Virus record (IMG/VR): IMGVR_UViG_3300029868_000036
Span: 1 to 47,494 of that record
DNA from: a virus
Direction: 5' to 3' (one strand)
Length of the DNA: 47,494 nucleotides
Positions within the stretch are counted from its first letter, which is position 1, and every line of letters starts with the position of its first letter. Both the position numbers and the translations under genes were made by a program. The notes under the pieces are model-generated. The model was not told the DNA's origin, searched no databases, and was given only the letters and a program-made list of their open reading frames with translations. This document shows, piece by piece, positions 27,728 to 35,651 of the stretch.

Positions 27728-27772
27728 TGGTGGGTCCTATGTGACTCGAACACATGACCACTCCGTTATGAG
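27728..27772 (-). other. attP core: 3' 45 nt of a tRNA gene (CAT anticodon loop through CCA end); not a complete tRNA
   Basis: The - strand reads CTCATAA-CGGAG-TGGTC-ATGTG-TTCGAGT-CACAT-AGGACCC-A-CCA. These are the anticodon loop, 3' anticodon stem, variable loop, T arm with TTCGAGT loop, 3' acceptor strand, discriminator and CCA. The upstream sequence cannot pair as a 5' half. Confidence 0.75.
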
Positions 27773-27876
27773 ACAAAAGCACTTAATTCTATGTAGTTAC
27801 ATATTAGTATAGATGCACCCATCTATTGTGTTTGTAATTCTATCTTAATATATATTAACCTATACTTCTATCTATG

Positions 27877-27905
27877 AACTTGGTACCCATCTTGGTACCC
27901 ATTAA
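27877..27905 (+). repeat. 29-bp direct repeat copy 2, candidate integrase arm-type sites
   Basis: Identical to 27635-27663. It ends 21 nt before the integrase start. Confidence 0.7.
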
Positions 27906-27926
27906 TATAAAGTAGGGATTATAATA

Positions 27927-29012
27927 ATGGCAATTGATAGAAGAGATTATTCGATTAAACTAGAATCTGGATTATGGTCCAATAAAAAGCACACTATATT
28001 TTTATATAGATTTACTTATGAGAAAAAAACATATAGCGGTCTGATAGATTTAACAGATAAAATCAGTTGGAACAAAAAAGATAAAATATCTACTGCTCGT
28101 GCTGAACTTATAAAAATCAAGAATGATAAAAAAGATTCAGTACTTAGTGACAAAGTTACTCTTGATGAGTTTATGTCTAGCTTTTTTAAATTAAGACCTG
28201 ATACAAACAATACTAAAACTAGAAAAAGTCATTATGATAGATATGTAAGTCCGATTTGTGGGATGAAGAGAGTTGTGGACATACGACAACTACATATAAA
28301 ACAGAGCATAAAGAGTCAAGAAGATTTAGGTCTTGCTCCTCGAACTGTTAAGCAGACTCTTGAAGCACTCTCCCCTGCTTTTAAAAGTGCTATTGCAAAT
28401 AGGCTTATCTCTTACAACCCTCTTGATGGCATAGTTATTAAACTACCTAAAACAAAGAAAATAGTTAGTGAGGCTGGTGTAGAACTTACAAAAATATATA
28501 AAGCTATATATGAAGAGTTTGGAGATGATCCTTTTTATCTTTCTCTTTTTCTGTTTGCCCTTCAAGGTAGAAGAAGAGGAGAGATACTTACTCTTAAGTG
28601 GGAAGATGTCAGTATAGATAACTCTTACTACATTTTGAGAAACACTAAGAATAATGAAGAGCAGAAGATATTTTTACCTAATGTTATCAAAGACAATTTA
28701 AAAGAGATACCTCGCGTTAGTGAGTGGGTTTTTACTTCTCGTAGAACTGGTTCGCATCTCGTGGATATTAGAAAGATTACTAATAAGCTTAAGGCTAGGC
28801 TTCAAGATGATAAATTCGGCATACACTACTTAAGAAATGTAATAGTAAGTGCTATGGCTGAACAAGGCTTAGAGAGTATGCACCTTAGTGGTGCTTTAGG
28901 GCATAACGACCCTAACACTATCAAGAAGTATCTTACTATGAACTACTTGAAGTCTAGTGAGTTGGCTAGTGGGGTCATTGATGGGATAGTTTTAAACTCT
29001 CCTTTAAAATGA
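27927..29012 (+). CDS. int: Tyrosine integrase
   Basis: 361 aa. Catalytic residues are recognisable: GRRRGEILTLKWEDV (Arg), HYLRN (His-x-x-Arg), GHNDPNTIKKYL (His...Tyr). The gene is adjacent to attP. Confidence 0.85.
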   Translation: MAIDRRDYSIKLESGLWSNKKHTIFLYRFTYEKKTYSGLIDLTDKISWNKKDKISTARAELIKIKNDKKDSVLSDKVTLDEFMSSFFKLRPDTNNTKTRKSHYDRYVSPICGMKRVVDIRQLHIKQSIKSQEDLGLAPRTVKQTLEALSPAFKSAIANRLISYNPLDGIVIKLPKTKKIVSEAGVELTKIYKAIYEEFGDDPFYLSLFLFALQGRRRGEILTLKWEDVSIDNSYYILRNTKNNEEQKIFLPNVIKDNLKEIPRVSEWVFTSRRTGSHLVDIRKITNKLKARLQDDKFGIHYLRNVIVSAMAEQGLESMHLSGALGHNDPNTIKKYLTMNYLKSSELASGVIDGIVLNSPLK

Positions 29013-29294
29013 TGTATCTATTGGCACAATAAATGTTCCGTATATTTTTAAACATTTCTCATTTATGATTTCTATAGGAATAAATAAAAATGTTTTTCTA
29101 TATCTCTCTTTTTTTGATGTTTTAAAGCGGTTTCTTTTTATAAACTGTGTTCTTGTTTTATAATTTTTAGCTAGATACATAAGCTTTTTAAAGTTTTCAT
29201 TACTTATAAGTGAGTATGGTAGTGTTGGTACTTGCCCATTCTGCTTTGCTAGCATATCTCTTGCATTTATTAAGTCATCATGAGTTAATGGCAT
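29004..29294 (-). CDS. Hypothetical basic protein
   Basis: 96-aa ORF, last gene of the - strand block, convergent with int. Confidence 0.4.
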   Translation of the reverse strand: MPLTHDDLINARDMLAKQNGQVPTLPYSLISNENFKKLMYLAKNYKTRTQFIKRNRFKTSKKERYRKTFLFIPIEIINEKCLKIYGTFIVPIDTSF

Positions 29295-29457
29295 TTTTCT
29301 TTTCCTTTTTTTCTACATAAGCATTGCAATCTTTTACTTCTTTAGGTTTTAATCCATTATTGTCTATAGAATATGGATAACCATAAGAACACATATCACA
29401 AGTTCCATCATCGTACCAGTGATAACAAGTTTTACAATCCCATTTATTATCCGACAT
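29278..29457 (-). CDS. Small Cys-rich protein (CxxC-x8-CxxC, zinc-ribbon-like), below the ORF-track cut-off
   Basis: Manual translation gives MSDNKWDCKTCYHWYDDGTCDMCSYGYPYSIDNNGLKPKEVKDCNAYVEKKEKKNAINS (59 aa). It fills the gap between two - strand genes and overlaps both ends. Confidence 0.5.
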   Translation of the reverse strand: MSDNKWDCKTCYHWYDDGTCDMCSYGYPYSIDNNGLKPKEVKDCNAYVEKKEKKNAINS

Positions 29458-29782
29458 TTACTAGCTCCTTATTTTCATAAATGTTTCCGATAACTTCAAG
29501 GTCTGTACTAGGGTTCACTTCCCATCTTCTATGATATTTATTGTTGTCAGATATGCAATAAAATCCACCATTTTCAAACTTAATATATCTTATTTCATTA
29601 CCTATACTGTTAAAAGAAACGATATCACCCTCATAAATCTCAACACCATTTTTATCTTTTAAGCCTGTGTATTGCATAAGATTTTCATCGTTCCTCGCAA
29701 TATACTTGTTTAAACTATTGATAATTGCTTCTTGATTTAGCATTTTATCGCTCGTCCAATACCTAAACTTAATTTCTCTCAT
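29447..29782 (-). CDS. YopX-family phage protein
   Basis: MREIKFRYW...YTGLKDKNGVEIYEGDIV...IGNIYENKEL is the characteristic YopX pattern. Confidence 0.7.
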   Translation of the reverse strand: MREIKFRYWTSDKMLNQEAIINSLNKYIARNDENLMQYTGLKDKNGVEIYEGDIVSFNSIGNEIRYIKFENGGFYCISDNNKYHRRWEVNPSTDLEVIGNIYENKELVNVG

Positions 29783-30183
29783 GCCACACCCCTTTCATTA
29801 AAATAATAGTAAGCTATCTCACTATCAAGCTCTTTTATAAGTGCTGTTGCTACTCTACTGCTTGAGAATATATGCTGGTTTAGTGTACTGTCTGAATACT
29901 TTTCTAGCTTTTTACCATTGAAGCCATACCACTTTTTCATACTCTCTTCTTTTCTAAGAAGAGCTAGTATAAGTTGGTTTACTGTTATGGCGTTTGTTGC
30001 AGGAAATGCTTTAGCAGCTTTTATCCATGCACTATCACTCACTTTTGCATGAGTCTCCCAGTAGTTAGCACTTTGAATCATTCTTTTTTGTGCATTTTTC
30101 CCTTGTTGTAGGAGTTGGTGTCTCTTTTTTTCGTTTTTCGTTTTACTTATCATGTCAGATATGGTTGATGGATTTGCCATCAT
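29779..30183 (-). CDS. Hypothetical protein
   Basis: 134-aa ORF overlapping the downstream YopX start by 4 nt. Confidence 0.45.
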   Translation of the reverse strand: MMANPSTISDMISKTKNEKKRHQLLQQGKNAQKRMIQSANYWETHAKVSDSAWIKAAKAFPATNAITVNQLILALLRKEESMKKWYGFNGKKLEKYSDSTLNQHIFSSSRVATALIKELDSEIAYYYFNERGVA

Positions 30184-30232
30184 TCTAGTTTTAGCATCGC
30201 TATTTTTTATATTAAAATGTTTCTTCCGTAAT

Positions 30233-30281
30233 GTTTCAGCTATATAGCGAATGTCTTTATGTTTTGCTATATAGCTGAAAC
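30233..30281. repeat. Perfect 16-bp inverted repeat (GTTTCAGCTATATAGC / GCTATATAGCTGAAAC) with 17-nt spacer
   Basis: Read directly. Each arm contains the self-complementary decamer GCTATATAGC. No U-tract follows on either strand, so it is not a canonical terminator. Confidence 0.7.
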
Positions 30282-30357
30282 ATAGTGACTCATGGCACCT
30301 AGTATAAACATACCTACGAGTAAGTTTCTGTTTAGTTCTTGTTTCATCATAGTCCCT

Positions 30358-30663
30358 TTATCTATATCTATACTCAATCATACTCTTAGCAAGAGCTAAC
30401 TCTACCATGTCATCCCAGTAGCCTAAACCATCAAGGTGTTCTAGTAACTCAAGATACTTCTTGTAAGTATCTATCTTTTTTTCATCACTCCTTATCTGCC
30501 CTTTTGCATGTTTTCTATACTCATGCTTAAATATATTCGCTTTACAAAACCCCATCATCTCTGTTACAGTGAGTAGTCCTTCTAGTATTTCTATAGCACT
30601 CTTTTCATCTATGTCATAGTGTGCTGAATCTTTATTTATCAATGGGTGTAGTTTCTTTTTCAT
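30358..30663 (-). CDS. DUF3310-like phage protein
   Basis: 101 aa. The pattern HYDIDEKSAIEILEG...FCKANIFKHEYRKHAKG...DTYKKYLELL resembles the DUF3310 family. Confidence 0.5.
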   Translation of the reverse strand: MKKKLHPLINKDSAHYDIDEKSAIEILEGLLTVTEMMGFCKANIFKHEYRKHAKGQIRSDEKKIDTYKKYLELLEHLDGLGYWDDMVELALAKSMIEYRYR

Positions 30664-32300
30664 ACTATTTTCTCCTTTGTATTTAAATGTTTTTTGAGTC
30701 CAAAAATGACTCCTTTTATTTTCTTCATTTCAAAACTTTTCTTCTCATAATCATCTTGTGAATTGATAATAAGTTGAATTTGTCTTTCGTGATAAGCTAT
30801 GAGAATCATCTTGAGCTGTTTCGTTAGCTCATCTTCTGTATAAATAGTCAGTCCATCTCTTAGGAGAAGTCCTCCAAGTGTTGCATCTTTGGATTTGAGC
30901 ATCTCGAACTCTCTTTGATGGTAACTAAACATAGGTGTATCTATAAAGTCAAGTACTATTTCAAAAAAAGTATCATTTTCGCTTGCAGTCTTTATGATGT
31001 TCATCTCGTTTATATTTATGAGCTGACTCTGTTGTGCTGGTTGCTGCACAAACTCTTCATTTGTACTTATAGTGATTATATGGTTTTGGTTTATGTTGAG
31101 CACTTTTGCTACATAAGGCTTGTACTCATCTTGGATAAGAGGGCTTAAAGTCCTTAAGAACTGTTGTACTTCTTGCAGAGCTTCTTGTTTTTGTTGAGGG
31201 ATATTTAGCTTATAGTTTTGGGCTATATGTGAAATAGCATACTTAATAAATGGAATGCTCTTACCCATAATCTCATACAGTTCTTCTTTGTTGTCATCTT
31301 TTACCATATCGGCTGGGTCTTTTCCCTCGGGAAAAACTACTACCCCACCATGTATATCATGTGAGCACAAAAGCTTACTTGCTTTAAATGCAGCAGATAG
31401 TCCTGCCTTATCTCCATCAAAGCAGATAAGAGCTTTTGCCCTAGCTTTTTTTATGATGTTGCAGTGAAGCTCAGTTAATGCAGTTCCCATCGTTGCTACT
31501 GCTGTCTGTATGCCCGCTTGATGGAACATAACTACATCTAAGTAACCCTCCGTAACTACGAATGTACCTTTTTTGTAGATATGCTCTTTTGCTATGTTGT
31601 ATCCGTACAGGTTACGAGACTTATCAAAGAGTTTGGTTTGTGGGGAGTTTATATACTTTGCTCCTCTTGTATCGCCTTGGAGTATGCGACCACCAAAACC
31701 TATGAGCTTGCCTGTATGGTTTCTTATGGGGAAACTGATGCGTTTGGTTAGCCTTGCATAAGTTTTGCTCTTCTCATCCATCGCAACTACTCCGCACTCC
31801 ATAGCATCACTCATACTAAAGAAGTTCTCAGGAAGTGTTTGCAGTTGCAGGTCTGATGTAGGTGCGAAACCTATCTCAAAAGTTTTTATACTCTCGTTGC
31901 TTATGCCTCTCTCATGCAAGTACTCTAAGATGTCTTTACTTATATGTTTTAGATAAAAGTTGTTCATGTGTTCCATTAGTTTGGAGTAGTCTTTTTTTTC
32001 TACACTTGAGTCGTACTCTAAAGTAAAGTTCATATCGTTTGCTATGTACTCAACTGACTCTATAAATGTAAGTTTTTTATACTCTTGGACAAAGCCTATA
32101 GCATCTGAACCATAACCACAACCGAAACAGTGGCATATCTGCTTAGATGGACTAATGACAAAGCTTCCACTCTTCTCTTCATGAAAAGGACAGTTAGCCT
32201 TAAAGTTCGCTCCAGCTTTTTTAAGCTCGATAGAGTTACTTATGATGTCTACTATATCTATCTGAGCCTTTAAAGACTCTAATGAAGTGCTTTTTATCAT
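30660..32300 (-). CDS. dnaG: DnaG-type DNA primase
   Basis: 546 aa. It has a CHC2 zinc finger (CPFHEEKSGSFVISPSKQICHCFGCG) and a TOPRIM motif (VVTEGYLDVVMF ... DGDKAG). Confidence 0.9.
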   Translation of the reverse strand: MIKSTSLESLKAQIDIVDIISNSIELKKAGANFKANCPFHEEKSGSFVISPSKQICHCFGCGYGSDAIGFVQEYKKLTFIESVEYIANDMNFTLEYDSSVEKKDYSKLMEHMNNFYLKHISKDILEYLHERGISNESIKTFEIGFAPTSDLQLQTLPENFFSMSDAMECGVVAMDEKSKTYARLTKRISFPIRNHTGKLIGFGGRILQGDTRGAKYINSPQTKLFDKSRNLYGYNIAKEHIYKKGTFVVTEGYLDVVMFHQAGIQTAVATMGTALTELHCNIIKKARAKALICFDGDKAGLSAAFKASKLLCSHDIHGGVVVFPEGKDPADMVKDDNKEELYEIMGKSIPFIKYAISHIAQNYKLNIPQQKQEALQEVQQFLRTLSPLIQDEYKPYVAKVLNINQNHIITISTNEEFVQQPAQQSQLININEMNIIKTASENDTFFEIVLDFIDTPMFSYHQREFEMLKSKDATLGGLLLRDGLTIYTEDELTKQLKMILIAYHERQIQLIINSQDDYEKKSFEMKKIKGVIFGLKKHLNTKEKIV

Positions 32301-32310
32301 TTTTTATGCC

Positions 32311-32895
32311 TTAAGGTCTTTTAATGTATCTTCGCGCTAAAAGTTCATGCAGTTTTTTAGTAGCTTCTATATCACTAAGAGCACAGTGAGCATCTATCTC
32401 TATGCCGAAGTGATTACAGAGCGTCTCAAGCTTGTTATTTTCACTCTCAAATAAATCTAAATATTTTAGGTTTCTTACAAATTCTAAAACATCTATCTTT
32501 TGATAACCAAACGATCTATAGAAACTAAGATATTCTCCACCATCTTTAAACCACTCTTCTATAAAATTAAAGTCAAACTCAACATTAAAACCAGCCATAG
32601 TAAAATTATCATTTTTTGCATCTAAAATAGTATATTTTCCTATAAATCCGATAAATTGTTTTAGTTGTGCTGAACTATCTGGGTATTTGTGAAGTTCTTC
32701 TTCATCGACTCCCATCATATCTTTAACATACTTACTTATATATTTTTCATTTTTGTACGTAGTTGTGTCTATATATAGCAAGAGCCTCTCTTTCACAACA
32801 TTATCTATCTCAATAATAAATGCCACTTCTCTAAGCCCATGCTTATCAACTTCCAACCCTGTTGTTTCAGTATCTATCCACATTACTTTTTTCAT
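32311..32895 (-). CDS. DEDDh 3'-5' exonuclease (DnaQ-like)
   Basis: Exo I is WIDTETTGL, Exo II is GFNVEFDFNFI, Exo III is HCALSDIEAT. Confidence 0.8.
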   Translation of the reverse strand: MKKVMWIDTETTGLEVDKHGLREVAFIIEIDNVVKERLLLYIDTTTYKNEKYISKYVKDMMGVDEEELHKYPDSSAQLKQFIGFIGKYTILDAKNDNFTMAGFNVEFDFNFIEEWFKDGGEYLSFYRSFGYQKIDVLEFVRNLKYLDLFESENNKLETLCNHFGIEIDAHCALSDIEATKKLHELLARRYIKRP

Positions 32896-33032
32896 TTTTT
32901 CTTCCCCTTAGTTTTTTTATCTGCTTTAACATCTTTTAAAACTCTTTTTATCTGTTCTTCCCCAAACTCTTGACCATTTATGAGTAAACTATCTACTTGG
33001 CTTACTGGTTTACCTCTTAAAAAGCCTATCAT
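32892..33032 (-). CDS. Small translationally coupled ORF (46 aa)
   Basis: The manually found ORF is MIGFLRGKPVSQVDSLLINGQEFGEEQIKRVLKDVKADKKTKGKKK. ATGA start/stop overlaps occur at both ends (33029-33032 and 32892-32895). Confidence 0.45.
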   Translation of the reverse strand: MIGFLRGKPVSQVDSLLINGQEFGEEQIKRVLKDVKADKKTKGKKK

Positions 33033-33463
33033 TTTGCGAAGTACTTAAAAGCTTCATCGAACATTTGTTGTGTGCTTTTTGCTTGGGCTACTTCTAGCTC
33101 AACAAAAGGTTCTTGACCTGATACAGCCAATACAACTCTGAGGTTTTTTTGTTTATGTTCAGTAAGTATGGAAACTTGAAACTCCCATGTGCCATCGTTA
33201 AGAGTTAGACCTTTAGATACATAATAAGCTTGCACTGCTTTTTCAAGCTCTGCTACTCTATCACTTGCAACTTTTTCTATTCTACCCTTTTTGATATCTC
33301 TCCATCTTTTTTTAACAAGTTTACCTTTTGCATTAGTAAGTGATACAAATCTGTTTATTTTCTTGTCTATATCTTCTATAAGAGCAGCAACTTCTTCATG
33401 TATACTTTCTCCGTTATCCATTGGCATTTCTGTATGCATCTCTTCATGATTTTCTTTTGTCAT
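33029..33463 (-). CDS. Hypothetical protein
   Basis: 144-aa ORF in the early operon. Confidence 0.5.
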   Translation of the reverse strand: MTKENHEEMHTEMPMDNGESIHEEVAALIEDIDKKINRFVSLTNAKGKLVKKRWRDIKKGRIEKVASDRVAELEKAVQAYYVSKGLTLNDGTWEFQVSILTEHKQKNLRVVLAVSGQEPFVELEVAQAKSTQQMFDEAFKYFAK

Positions 33464-33478
33464 TTTCTTTTCCTTAAT

Positions 33479-33706
33479 TTATATTTGTTCTTCATACTCT
33501 TGAACTCTTTGTATATCAAAGAAAGTATCACTCATCACTTCTTTGCACAACTCGAACTCATTACATAAAAACTTATCATCTACTTTGCTATCATACTTTA
33601 CACATAGTAGAGTCTCTGTACCTTCTTGCACATCTACAAACATACAGATGTCGCAAGTTTTATTTACTATTATTGCTAACTGATTTTTACTCATTACTTC
33701 CTCCAT
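33479..33706 (-). CDS. Hypothetical small acidic protein
   Basis: 75-aa ORF with four Cys residues (CDIC ... C ... C). Confidence 0.4.
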   Translation of the reverse strand: MEEVMSKNQLAIIVNKTCDICMFVDVQEGTETLLCVKYDSKVDDKFLCNEFELCKEVMSDTFFDIQRVQEYEEQI

Positions 33707-33833
33707 ATAAACCCATCTCCTCCGTGTCTGCGAAGATAAGATAAAAAACTCTGAAGATATTTTATATCTCTTGATATCTCTTCATACTCTTTTCCATCAT
33801 ATACTCCTCTGAGCGAGTACATTTGCCCATTCA

Positions 33834-34058
33834 CTAGAGTTCTCCTAGTTTTAAGTCTGCTTCAGGGACTATGGCTATATGCCTTAGTTGGTCTCTGTTT
33901 AGGCATGAGTCTATAGCCTCCATAAGCAAGTCTTTGGTCTCCATCTTGTAGTCCATAGATGAAGATATAATCTCTCTTTGCTTTACTAGCCTCTCATGGC
34001 TCATAGAACGAAACATCTCTAATGCTTCTCTTTTTGTTTTCATCGGTTTTCTCCCCAT
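33834..34058 (-). CDS. Hypothetical small protein
   Basis: 74-aa ORF downstream of parB. Confidence 0.4.
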   Translation of the reverse strand: MGRKPMKTKREALEMFRSMSHERLVKQREIISSSMDYKMETKDLLMEAIDSCLNRDQLRHIAIVPEADLKLGEL

Positions 34059-34108
34059 TTTCTTTTTTTAAAAATACATATAAAAAACTTCCATATTCTT
34101 TTGAACAT

Positions 34109-34975
34109 TTATATCTCCTCTATTGTGATTTTGTAGTTATTGTTATTTGAGTGTTTTACAAAGTCTTCAGTATCAATAGCGATGCGACCTTCTAAGTCGC
34201 CACTGCTTAAGCTTATAAAATTTCCCATGTCGTTTACTGTTCCAAAACCATAAGAGATAAATACTTTGCTTTTGTTTATCTTCCTTTGAGGTACTTCTTT
34301 TACTTTAGCACCATCCCATCCCTCTAAACTTTTAAAGTTCTTTATCTCATCACGGGTAATCTCTTTTTTTACTATGAGATCATAGACTTCTTTTTGTATC
34401 TTCTTATCGGGGAGTCTTGCTATCTCATCTAAAACAGATAAGCCTATATCTCTTTTTCCCTCTTCTATATCTTTGATGATGCTCTCGTCGAGCTTGAGAC
34501 AAGAAAAAGCTTTAGAGAGATAAGACTGTGACTTCCCTATAGCTTTTGCTAAGTCGCGTTTACATTCATACTTTCCACTTGCTTGTAGCTTCCCGATATG
34601 AACTGCTATCTCGAAGTCTGTTAAGTCCTCTCTTTGTATGTTCTCTATAAGTGCAAGTTCTAAGACTTTTGCATCATCTACATTTACTATGTGTGTTTTT
34701 ATGGTTGTCATAGTTGTAAACTGCTTATGAGCACGGTATCTTCTCTCACCGCTTACTATCATGTAACCATCATCGCGTTTGACAACAACTATAGGTTGCA
34801 AAAGTCCGTTTGTCTCTATGTCTCTTGCTAGCTCTATGAGTGCATACGAGTCAAACTCTTTACGGGGTTGCTTAGGATTTGCATAGATTTTTGAGAGTTC
34901 TATCTCTGCGAATGAGCTTATGCCACCTGTACGAGTGTTTCCCTCTGTCGCTTTTTTAATTGCCGATAAGTTCAT
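34109..34975 (-). CDS. parB: ParB-family partition / DNA-binding protein
   Basis: The ParB N-terminal domain motifs are PKQPRKEF ... LLQPIVV ... IVSGERRYRA. Confidence 0.85.
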   Translation of the reverse strand: MNLSAIKKATEGNTRTGGISSFAEIELSKIYANPKQPRKEFDSYALIELARDIETNGLLQPIVVVKRDDGYMIVSGERRYRAHKQFTTMTTIKTHIVNVDDAKVLELALIENIQREDLTDFEIAVHIGKLQASGKYECKRDLAKAIGKSQSYLSKAFSCLKLDESIIKDIEEGKRDIGLSVLDEIARLPDKKIQKEVYDLIVKKEITRDEIKNFKSLEGWDGAKVKEVPQRKINKSKVFISYGFGTVNDMGNFISLSSGDLEGRIAIDTEDFVKHSNNNNYKITIEEI

Positions 34976-35570
34976 CTCTTAGTCCTCTTATCTCTTCTTT
35001 TGCTCTGTCGTTATTTGTGTCAAAAACACTAGCACCTACACCAAGAGTAGACTTATATAGCTTTCTACTTCTTATGACTGTGCTAAGGAGTTTATATTGT
35101 TCTCCTATGGCTTCTTTTATGATGCTAAAATTACGAGTGAGTGGGTGGATGTTGTTGAGCACTATGTTAAACTCAGTATCTCCAAGTATGAGAGTATCAA
35201 GTATGCCCTCAAATGTTTTAAAGCCTAAAACCTCTGTGACACTATCACTTATAGGTATGAGTACTTTATGAGAGCAGTCTATAGCTGTTCTGTTTATGTC
35301 GCTATCAAAACCGCCAATATCTACTATGTAATAGTCGCTCTTTTTGTTTGTTGCTTGTAAAAGAACTTCTAGTACTTCACCCACTGTTTTAGGTTGTAGT
35401 ACTTCTATGTCATCAAGTCCACGGATTTGGTTTACAAAGTATAGTGTCTGCTGAAAGTCAAGGTCTACGAGTGTTACACTCTTATCTATCTCTTTAAGCG
35501 AATGTGCTAATTGCCAAGCTAGAGTGCTTTTACCTACTCCGCCTTTTGTGTGTGCTACTGTTATTGTCAT
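34956..35570 (-). CDS. parA: ParA-family partition ATPase
   Basis: The deviant Walker A is AHTKGGVGKST. The protein is 204 aa and overlaps the parB start by 20 nt. Confidence 0.9.
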   Translation of the reverse strand: MTITVAHTKGGVGKSTLAWQLAHSLKEIDKSVTLVDLDFQQTLYFVNQIRGLDDIEVLQPKTVGEVLEVLLQATNKKSDYYIVDIGGFDSDINRTAIDCSHKVLIPISDSVTEVLGFKTFEGILDTLILGDTEFNIVLNNIHPLTRNFSIIKEAIGEQYKLLSTVIRSRKLYKSTLGVGASVFDTNNDRAKEEIRGLRDELIGN

Positions 35571-35620
35571 TTCCTAACCCCTTAGTTTATGTTGTGTTCA
35601 TTATATAAATATGTTTTTAG

Positions 35621-35650
35621 TTAAGTGGGGTATATAAAGTACCCACTTAA
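35621..35650 (-). promoter_or_regulatory. Conserved motif copy 4 (TATATACCCCACTTAA on the - strand) embedded in a 30-bp palindrome upstream of parA
   Basis: TTAAGTGGGGTATATAAAGTACCCACTTAA has inverted TTAAGTGGG / CCCACTTAA arms. The - strand copy ends 51 nt upstream of the parA ATG, and TATAAT lies between. Confidence 0.5.
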
Positions 35651-35651
35651 A

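Noticed and set aside
27728-27800. A complete tRNA gene next to the integrase
   Set aside because: Only the 3' 45 nt (anticodon loop to CCA) fit a cloverleaf. The upstream bases (TTTGT...) cannot pair with the 3' anticodon-stem strand CGGAG, and no D arm or 5' acceptor strand is present. It is interpreted as the attP core.
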